From Ascoidea asiatica JCM 7603 (lineage: Eukaryota; Fungi; Ascomycota), in assembly GCA_001600695.1 (NCBI GenBank), contig BCKQ01000006.1, positions 408,895 through 425,935 on the forward strand: a DNA stretch of 17,041 nt, written 5' to 3'. The notes beneath the pieces are model-generated. The model searched no databases. It saw only the letters and a list, made by a program, of their open reading frames with translations, and was not told the DNA's origin. The position numbers were made by a program, and so were the translations under genes. Every line of letters starts with the position of its first letter. Position 1 is the first letter of the stretch. This document shows, one piece after another, positions 9,154-17,041 of this stretch.

Positions 9154-12100
9154 CTACTCAATTATTTCATCTCCTTCATAATCCACATTTTCATCATTAC
9201 CAATAATCTCTTGAACACCACCACTTTCATTTCCACTTTCATTTTCAGTTTCATTAACATCATTATCCTCAATATCTTCATTATTATTATCCTTATTAAT
9301 TCTATCATATTTATGGTCATCTTCTTTACTATTACTATTATCATTATCAATTTCATTATCAATTTCACTTTCACTTTCACTTTCATTATCTTCAATATTT
9401 TCAACAATATCAATATCTTCTTGATTTTCTTCATTATTTGTATTATTTATTCCAATAATTTCATTATTATCAACAATTTCATTAACACGATCTAATTCAT
9501 CAACAATAACATTACTCCAACGAATTGGAGTTTCTACTTTAAAACTTGTTCTTTTATTAAGACTAATATTCTTGAAAAAACTGGGTTTAATATCAATATT
9601 AGAAATAGAATTTGAAGTTGAACTTAAATTTACATTTGTACTTGTACTTGTACTTGAACTTGGATTTATATTTGAATTTAAATTTGTATTAGTTAATATT
9701 TCTTTTAAATTCTGATCATCTTTTTCATTATCTTCGATAATTCTATCATCATTCTCAACTTTCTCATTTCCTTTTTCTTGATATTTTTTCTTTTCTTTAT
9801 CTTTTGATTTTTTATTTTTTATAATTGAATTTAATTTATTCATTTCAATTTCTGCATCTTTTGGTCCCCAAATTCTAACAGTTCTATCATCACTTGCACT
9901 TGCAATCATCCATGGAATTTTTGGATTACAATCAACACAATTAATTAAATTTTTATGACCTTTTAAAGCTAAAATTAAAACACTATATTTTTTATTCCAG
10001 ATATAAATTCTACCATCTTCACTACCTGAAATTACTAAAGATTCATTAATACCTGCAAAACATGATCTTAAAATAAATTTTTCTTGTTGTTGTCCAATAA
10101 ATTTTTTTAATAATATACCTTTTGACCAATCCCATAATTGAACAGAATCTGGTAAAACATTAACTAAAACTTGAGTTGGATGAGTTTTAGATTGAATAAT
10201 TGATGTCATTCTTCTATTTACAGGAATTTTTTTAACAAATTTAAATTTTTTTAAATCCCAAACTCCAATATAATCACTTTTACCAATACTTATAAAATAA
10301 TTTGAATCAAATGTTATACATAAATCAAAAATTCTATGATTTGTAGTTCTAAAAATTTCTTTATAATTTATTGAATTATAATAAATTATTTCTCTATCTG
10401 GAGATCCAATAATAAAACCTTTTGAATTTGGTAACCATTCACAACACCAAATTCTTGGACCAGATTCAATACATTCTCTTGCTCTACGTTCTTCATCATC
10501 TTCAATATCATCATCTTCATTAATATTTTCATTATCATTTTCACTATCATCTGGTTCAGGTGAAAGTCTTTGAGAATAAATTCTAGTAATACTACCAAGA
10601 GTACTAATATCAATATCATTTTCATTAAGATTATTAGTAGAAGAATCTGGATTATTATTATTTTGAATAGTTTCATTAACTTTATTCAGAATTAAAGAAG
10701 AATTTGAATTTTTATTTTTATTTTTTTTTAATTTTGAATTAATATTAATTGTTTTATCACATTTACCAATTTTTAAATCCCAAATTTTAACATTTGAAGA
10801 ATCTGTACTTAATAATTTAAAATCATTTGAAGACCAAGATAAATATAAAATACCCATTTTATGACCAGATAATTTTTGAATTAATTTAAATTTATTTGAA
10901 TTATTTATATTTTTAATATCAATTTTATTTAAATTTTCTAAATAATTAAAATTTGTAACTTTATAAATAAAAATATTACCATTTGTTGAACCAATTGCTA
11001 AGAATTTACCATTATTTGAAAATTTTAAAAACCAAGATTGATTTAATTTATTTAATTTATTTGAATTAATTTTAAAATTTTTATTATTATCATCATTAGA
11101 AATTTTAATAATTTGTAAAGTTTTATTTGGAAATTTATTAATTGGATAAATAAAATCATTATATAAAGTTGAATTTAATTTAAAATTATAATTATTATTT
11201 AATAAATTTAAATTATTTAAATCTTTTTGATAACCTAAAGTTATTAAATTTCTTGATTCTTGAAATAATTTTGATTGATTAATTAAAGTTAATAATCTAT
11301 TTGGAGGTAAGAAATAATTTGAATTTAAGAATAAAGAAATTTTATTATTTAAAAGAAATTTTCTTGAATTAATTAATTGAAAATTTAAATTTTTATTTAT
11401 ATTCATATTAAATTTTGAATTTAAATTTAAATTTAAAGGTTCATTATTATCTATATCAATATTTAAAAAAAAACCATTTTTTTGTAAAAAAATTATTAAT
11501 GGATTAATATCTTTATTTTTATTTATATTAATATTATTATTAAAAATTTCATCATCAGTTTCATCAAAATCATTTAAACCAAAGATTTGATTTTGAGTTA
11601 AAATTAAAGAAAGTAAATCATTTTGATCATCTTCAATTGAATTTATATTTATATTAAAATCTTTAAATAATTTATTAACTGGATTAAAATTTATTGATTT
11701 AATTTTTTCAATAAAAATTTTTGTTGGTAAAGTGAAATCATTTGTTGAATTTGAAATAAATAAAGATTCTAAAAATAATTGTTTTCTTATTAAATATTTT
11801 ATAAATAAATGTAAAATTTTTAAATTTGAATCATTAGAAATTGAATTTGAAATTGAATTTGAATTTGAATTTGAATTTGAATTTGAATTTGAATCTGGGT
11901 TATTATAAATAAATGAAGAATATGAAGATAAATCAGATTTATAATTAAGTTTAGATATTAAATTTTCAGCATTTTCGAAATCTCCATTAATTAAAAAATT
12001 TATAAAATTTAAAGTATTATTTGAATAATCAATTGATTTATCATTTAATTTATCATTTGAATTATCATTTGAATTAATTTTTAAAATTGAATTTGATTCT

Positions 12101-12318
12101 TCTTTAAGTTTTTTTAAAGATTCAGAATAACCTAAATCATTTAAAGTTTGTAATAATAAATTTGTTAATTCAATTTTATTTATATTATCATAATTTTTTG
12201 TAGATGAATCTGGGGTTATAGTTATTGCACCATTTAAAAGTTGAATTGCAGAATTTTTTAAAGATTCATCAGAATTTAAAATTGAACTTAAATCATTATT
12301 TCTTTTTAATGGAGTCAT
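9154..12318 (-). CDS. GID7: GID/CTLH E3 ligase complex WD40 subunit Gid7 (WDR26-like), 1054 aa
   Basis: LisH-like ELTNLLLQTLNDLGYSESLKKLKEES, CTLH-like FINFLINGDFENAE...KYLIRKQLFLE, CRA-like LPPNRLLTLINQS, then WD40 repeats (WFLKFSNNGKFLA, GQQQEKFILRSCF..VISGSEDGRIYIW, LKGH..INCVDCNP..IASASDDRTVRIWG). Lies next to PDI1 as in other yeasts. Confidence 0.9.
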   Translation of the reverse strand: MTPLKRNNDLSSILNSDESLKNSAIQLLNGAITITPDSSTKNYDNINKIELTNLLLQTLNDLGYSESLKKLKEESNSILKINSNDNSNDKLNDKSIDYSNNTLNFINFLINGDFENAENLISKLNYKSDLSSYSSFIYNNPDSNSNSNSNSNSNSISNSISNDSNLKILHLFIKYLIRKQLFLESLFISNSTNDFTLPTKIFIEKIKSINFNPVNKLFKDFNININSIEDDQNDLLSLILTQNQIFGLNDFDETDDEIFNNNININKNKDINPLIIFLQKNGFFLNIDIDNNEPLNLNLNSKFNMNINKNLNFQLINSRKFLLNNKISLFLNSNYFLPPNRLLTLINQSKLFQESRNLITLGYQKDLNNLNLLNNNYNFKLNSTLYNDFIYPINKFPNKTLQIIKISNDDNNKNFKINSNKLNKLNQSWFLKFSNNGKFLAIGSTNGNIFIYKVTNFNYLENLNKIDIKNINNSNKFKLIQKLSGHKMGILYLSWSSNDFKLLSTDSSNVKIWDLKIGKCDKTININSKLKKNKNKNSNSSLILNKVNETIQNNNNPDSSTNNLNENDIDISTLGSITRIYSQRLSPEPDDSENDNENINEDDDIEDDEERRARECIESGPRIWCCEWLPNSKGFIIGSPDREIIYYNSINYKEIFRTTNHRIFDLCITFDSNYFISIGKSDYIGVWDLKKFKFVKKIPVNRRMTSIIQSKTHPTQVLVNVLPDSVQLWDWSKGILLKKFIGQQQEKFILRSCFAGINESLVISGSEDGRIYIWNKKYSVLILALKGHKNLINCVDCNPKIPWMIASASDDRTVRIWGPKDAEIEMNKLNSIIKNKKSKDKEKKKYQEKGNEKVENDDRIIEDNEKDDQNLKEILTNTNLNSNINPSSSTSTSTNVNLSSTSNSISNIDIKPSFFKNISLNKRTSFKVETPIRWSNVIVDELDRVNEIVDNNEIIGINNTNNEENQEDIDIVENIEDNESESESEIDNEIDNDNSNSKEDDHKYDRINKDNNNEDIEDNDVNETENESGNESGGVQEIIGNDENVDYEGDEIIE

Positions 12319-12784
12319 TTTAATAATTGATTGATTATTATTTAATTTAAATATAAAGATAATTAATTGTATTGCTCTCTCTCTCTCTATTTGAGCTAGA
12401 TTTTAAAAAAGATATTGGTAATGGATGATTATTATTGGGAAGTGACTATTGAGAATTGAAGTTATTTATTTGTAATAATTGAATGATAATCTTGTATATT
12501 TATAATTATTTATCAAAATGTAAAAGAAGTAAAAGAAGTAAAAGAAGTAAAGGAAGTAAAGGAAATAAAGCAATCTTTATCTATAAGTTCATATACTTAT
12601 CAAAGATACAAACAATAGTTTTAATACAATAAATAGTAATAGAAAGATCGATTATCCTCTTTATCTAATCGAATTTGAAGAGCAGTAGCAACTTTGTTAG
12701 TGTCAGCGTTAACAGTGTCAGTGTCAGTGTTAGTGTTAATGGTAATTTAAACTCCTTTATTGTGATAAGTGTTGATAGTGTGAT

Positions 12785-12794
12785 GTCACGTGGC
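12785..12794. promoter_or_regulatory. GTCACGTGGC (Cbf1-type E-box / ACGTGGC) upstream of GID7
   Basis: Matches RTCACGTG, about 470 bp upstream of the GID7 ATG. Confidence 0.5.
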
Positions 12795-13199
12795 GTATTT
12801 TGGGAGACCAGTAACATGGATCTGTTGAGATTGGAATAAATTGTTGATGATAAAACGAAGAAAGAGAAGGAGATGCAGAAGAGATTGATAGAAACCCTTC
12901 AATATCAGAACTTTGGATGTAACTATATTAATTAATATTCCAATTTACAGAAAATAATCATGTGATTGTTGAATAGATCTAATATTTAATTTATTTGTAA
13001 TTATATATTTTATTGCTTTATATCTTATACTGCAGAGAAAAGAAAAGAAAGTAAAGTAAAGTAAAGGAGAGTTAACAATGGCCACTAGTTAAAAATATAA
13101 AAGAAACGAAAGGAAAGAAGAAAAGAAAAGAAAGAAATAAAATACAACTAGACTTAATGAAATTTTAAAATACCCAAATATGCAATAGTAATAGTTTGT

Positions 13200-13694
13200 T
13201 TATAAAAGAGCTAATAAAGAACCAACAATGGCAATGGAAATACTACCACCAGTTGCAAATTTATAACCAGCATTTGAAGAAGAAGAATCTGAACTTGAAG
13301 TTGAAGTTGTAGTTAAGATTGAATTTGAAATTGAATTAGCATTAATAGAAGCTTGTGAAGCTTCAGAAGCTTCATTAGATGAAATTGAACTTATTTTACT
13401 TGAAATTTTACTTGTTAAAGAAGATTCAATAGATTCTGCTTTTGAAGTAGCTTTAGCATAATCAGAAGTTACATCACTTGCAATATCTGTAGCTTTTGAA
13501 ACAACTTTAGAAGTAACTATAGCATATTCTGAAGTTACATCACTTGCAAGATTTGTAGCTGCGGATACAACTTTTGATGTAACTACACCAAAATCTGAAG
13601 TTATATCACTAATTATATCTTTTTTTTGAAATATTGGAAAAATAAAAGCTGCTTGAGTTGTTGAGATAATTAATAAAAGATTTAAGAATTGCAT
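13200..13694 (-). CDS. Uncharacterised small secreted, probably GPI-anchored Ser/Thr-rich cell-surface protein with 22-aa repeats, 164 aa
   Basis: Hydrophobic signal peptide (MQFLNLLLIISTTQA), dibasic KK, three 22-aa repeats, Ser/Thr stalk, SSN-AG omega-like site and hydrophobic C-terminal tail (GGSISIAIVGSLLALL). Codon style matches neighbouring genes; AAAATG start context. Confidence 0.8.
   Translation of the reverse strand: MQFLNLLLIISTTQAAFIFPIFQKKDIISDITSDFGVVTSKVVSAATNLASDVTSEYAIVTSKVVSKATDIASDVTSDYAKATSKAESIESSLTSKISSKISSISSNEASEASQASINANSISNSILTTTSTSSSDSSSSNAGYKFATGGSISIAIVGSLLALL
13422..13619 (-). repeat. Three 66-bp coding tandem repeats in the GPI-type gene
   Basis: GAAGTTACATCACTTGCAA recurs at 66-bp spacing (third copy GAAGTTATATCACT). 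Protein units DIISDITSDFGVVTSKVVSAAT / NLASDVTSEYAIVTSKVVSKAT / DIASDVTSDYAKATSKAESIES. Confidence 0.9.
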
Positions 13695-14289
13695 TTTGAT
13701 AGAAATTTTGAAATTATAATAGTATTTAATATTGAGTTATAAAAATATAAGAGTATAAAAATATATTAATTGATTGAATTATTGTATATGATTGTATATG
13801 ATTGTATAATAATAATAATAATAATAATAAATTAGATCAAATATTGAATAATAAATTAAAGAGAAATTAAGTAATATTTATATTAATTTGAAAAAATGTA
13901 CCAATTTTTTTTTAATAAATTAAAATATTCAATTAAACCAATTAAATTAATTTAGACCATAATTTCAATTTTAAAATTCTAAATAAATAAACAAAAACAT
14001 TTTCTATCTTTGAGGCTATCATTATTAAAAATATGACTTTAAATTGGTAATGATATTTATTTAAATCATTGATGAAATTTTAGAGTAAGTTACTGTAATA
14101 TTTGAAGTTATTTCATAAATATTTCATATTATTTTCATATTATTTTCATAGATTTGCAGAAAAGTAAACAATAAACAGTAACTGTACCGTTAAAAATATC
14201 AGAACTGAATGATGGATTCGAATGAGTGAATGGAGTAATTCGAGTGAATGGAGTCATTAAAGAACAAAAGAGAATAACAGAAATAATAG

Positions 14290-14510
14290 GAACAAACACC
14301 ACGTGAGCAGCTCTAAACCAGCCGGGCACTGCGGCACGAAAGCAGACGGCGTAAACAAACAAACCACCGCGCATAACCAGCGGCTGCTCAGCACCACAGC
14401 ACTGGGTCTCCTCTCCTTAGTCTCCTCTAGTCTCCTCTGGGTCTCGTGCGGGCTTAAGAAATGAACAAGGCTTGTTCACTGCTTGTTCACTGCTTGTTTA
14501 CTGTCAACTT
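14290..14510 (-). promoter_or_regulatory. GC-rich island 600-800 bp upstream of the GPI-type gene (CACGTG at 14300, CCG/CGG triplets, GTAAACA sites)
   Basis: Sharp GC rise and motif density. The only gene start it can serve is the 13694 ATG. Confidence 0.55.
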
Positions 14511-14672
14511 TCTCACTTAAAAGCCTTAATTTATTTGTTTATTTATTTGTTTATTTGTTTGTTTGTTTGTTTGTTTGTTTGTTTGTTTATTTAATGGCCT
14601 CGCTTTGTTCTTACTTGCTGATTACTTGCTGATTACATAACATTTATTTATTACTTATTCACTTATCTACAG

Positions 14673-15047
14673 TTACTTCTTTATTGTTTTAGGAGGTGGT
14701 GGTAATTCAATCTTTTTATCATTACTATCATCAATCTCTTTATTTATATTATCATTACTTATATCATTACTTATATCATTATGAGGTTTAAATTCTTTTG
14801 ATTTTGGTGGAGGTGGTAAATTTTTTGAATTATGTTTTATATCACCATCTAATTCTTTACTTTTTAAAATTTGTTCATTAAAATATGAATTTAAATCTAA
14901 ATTATTATCTAAATTTTTGGAATTTGATAAAGATTGTCTTCTATTATGTTTTTTCTTTCTTTGAATTGGATTAATATTATTATTATTAATAACTGGATTA
15001 ATAATTGGATTATTAATAATTGGATTAGATATAATTTGGGCGCTTAA

Positions 15048-15095
<48 letters not shown>

Positions 15096-16127
15096 TATTG
15101 AATCATTAGAAATATCAAATATTATATCATTATGATTATGATTATGAGTATCAATATTATTATTATCAATAATTTCATTATTATTATCTTTAGTTGAAAT
15201 TAATTTTGAAATGGGTGGTAATCTATGTAAATAACCATATGCAACTGAACATCCAATAATTCCATTTCCACCCCAATTACTATCTGGTTTAATTTTTACA
15301 GGTCTAATTAAATTATAATCATGATTATAAACATAAAATATAATTTCTTTATTTTTTTCTTTTTCTTTATCTTTATTTTTAAAATAAATTGAATTTATAA
15401 CTTTACCAAATAATTCTTCACCACCTGTTGATAATAATCCATTATTTATATTAATTATATAATCTGAATTTGATAATAATTTAGCTTTATAAGCTGGTGA
15501 ATTTTTTTCAATATTTATAATATGATAAACATATGTTGAAGAGATTAAATTTTTTAATTGTAAATAAATTCCAAATTTTTTAAATTTTTTAAATCTATTA
15601 TCTTCTTTATTACTAATGTTATCATTATTTTGAAAATTTATTTCATCTAATTTTTCATTATCATCTGTAAAATTTTCTTCAATATTTAAATATACTGATC
15701 TAGTTACACCACCTTTTGAATTCCAAATATTTAAAACAATATTTGAATTTATTGAATTTTCAATTTCTTCTAAAAATAATTTATAATCAGGTATTAAATC
15801 ATCAAATGAATTTATATTATTATTATTATTATTTAAATTATTAATTTCTAAATTATGATTATTTATACCAATAATATAATCAAAATATGGTTCAAATTTA
15901 AAATTTTTTAAATTTAAATAATTTTTAATAAATAATATTTGAAAACCATAATTTGAAATTTTTTTAAAATTTAAATTTGAATCATTTGTAAAATTTAAAT
16001 TTTTAAAATATAAATCATTTAAATATAATGAATTTGAATTTAAATTAGAATTTGTAATATTTGTTTGTAATGTTTCTGCAGTTTGTTCAATAGTTTTAAC
16101 AAATTTACTTGCAAATGATGAAAACAT
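14673..16127 (-). CDS. GRH1: GRASP55/65 homolog Grh1, 484 aa
   Basis: N-terminal MF amphipathic helix (MFSSFASKFVKTIEQ, NatC-type start). Two GRASP PDZ-like domains (EPYFDYIIGINNH, WNSKGGVTR, SPAYKAKL..SDYII, YVYNHDYNLIRPV..P...WGGNGIIGCSVAYGYLHRLP). Pro-rich tail. Confidence 0.93.
15050..15092. repeat. (TTA)n microsatellite encoding poly-Asn in GRH1
   Basis: Direct reading. Confidence 0.9.
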
Positions 16128-16379
16128 TTTAATTCCTATATTACTTGAACTTATATACTATTTTATACTATTTTATACTATTTTATATTATATTATATTA
16201 TATTATATTATATTGTTGTATTATCTTGTTATCAATTGATCTTTTTGTGTTTAATTGTTTTATATTGAATTGAATTTACTTATTATTGATAAGAAACTTA
16301 TAAATTTATACAATCAATACAATTATTTGTAGTAGTATTAAAGGTAAACGTCGCAATAAATAAATAAATAAATTATTCT

Positions 16380-16580
16380 TATCCTTGTATCCGTGCAAAT
16401 GAGTACCAAATCCGTAAAACAACACGGATACCAGCCACGTCCCTTACTGGCCACTAATTCCATCAATCACCATCCACAACTACTTTGCCACAAAACACCT
16501 GCCTCGTTTCTCACTTGCCTCGTCCCAATTAGGTCTGTGTTCAGTGTTTACATTTTTATCCATTGATTTGTTTACATTTC
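16380..16580. promoter_or_regulatory. GC-enriched, probably divergent promoter for GRH1 and a + strand gene beyond the window
   Basis: GCCACGT at 16434, inverted GTATCCGTG/CACGGATAC, twin TGTTTACATTT. G/C strand skew flips across the island. Confidence 0.55.
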
Positions 16581-17041
16581 ACACCACCAACAATAACAAT
16601 CAATAACAGTTAATATATTATTTTATTTTTGACTTCAATCACTAAAAAGAACCTTTATCCACATCTTTATTCTTCGTTCATTTTAACTTCATTCAATTCA
16701 ACAATATCCACTTAACTACTTACTTACCTACTTCAATCAATTAATAAACAATTCTAGTCTATTCTAATTGATCTCATTTTATTCATTTATATTCAATTGT
16801 AATTCAATACGGTCAATTACAATTACAATTACAATTACAATCAAATACATTCTTATAATTATAAATCTATATTCATCTCCTATTATATAATAAATCATTA
16901 ATCTTATCCAATTCAATTCAACTCAATTCATTCAATTCATTCAATCCATTCAATCAATTAGTTAACAATTAATGGTTTTCATATATTTAAATTAATTAGA
17001 ATATATCATTAATTCTTCCCCTTTTTTTTTTTTTTTTTTTT

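Noticed and set aside
5839-10676. Short ORFs overlapping SEC14, PDI1 and GID7 (5839-6090, 7236-7451, 7524-7721, 9162-9434, 9211-9495, 10386-10676)
   Set aside because: Frame shadows of strongly biased codon usage in well-supported genes.
8952-12966. RTCACRTG sites (8952, 12785, about 12959 reversed) as point-centromere CDEI elements
   Set aside because: No CDEII-length AT spacer followed by a CDEIII CCG core at the right distance; better explained as promoter E-boxes.
1-17041. CRISPR array, transposon, viral or prokaryotic-type system; alternative CUG genetic code
   Set aside because: Repeats are simple slippage arrays without unique spacers, there is no transposase/RT/integrase ORF, all long ORFs are yeast housekeeping-type genes, and CTG codons are too scarce to test the code.
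17022-17041. Terminal poly-T as a retro-insertion tail or Pol III terminator
   Set aside because: Homopolymer runs are common throughout the window and this one is truncated by the window edge.

Overview
An extremely AT-rich eukaryotic window from a budding yeast (Saccharomycotina; the species cannot be fixed from the sequence). It holds seven apparently intronless genes: SRO9/SLF1-like La-motif protein (-), SDH7/ACN9 (+), SEC14 (+), PDI1 (-), GID7 (-), an unrecognised 164-aa secreted/GPI-type protein built from 11/22-residue amphipathic repeats (-), and GRH1 (-). Five of these belong to one ancestral yeast neighbourhood (S. cerevisiae YCL037C-YCL043C / YDR511W-YDR518W), here shuffled, while SEC14 and the GPI-type gene look like intruders. 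I found no tRNA, rRNA, transposon or CRISPR array, and I cannot demonstrate a new multi-gene system. The best leads are: (1) the orphan surface protein with apolipoprotein/LEA-like 11-mer periodicity; (2) a CCACGT/ACGTGG (Hac1/XBP1- or E-box-like) motif in five consecutive promoters, four of them for secretory-pathway genes; (3) short GC-rich promoter islands, richer in GC than the coding DNA; (4) palindromic and mirror-image elements in the SRO9-SDH7 divergent promoter.
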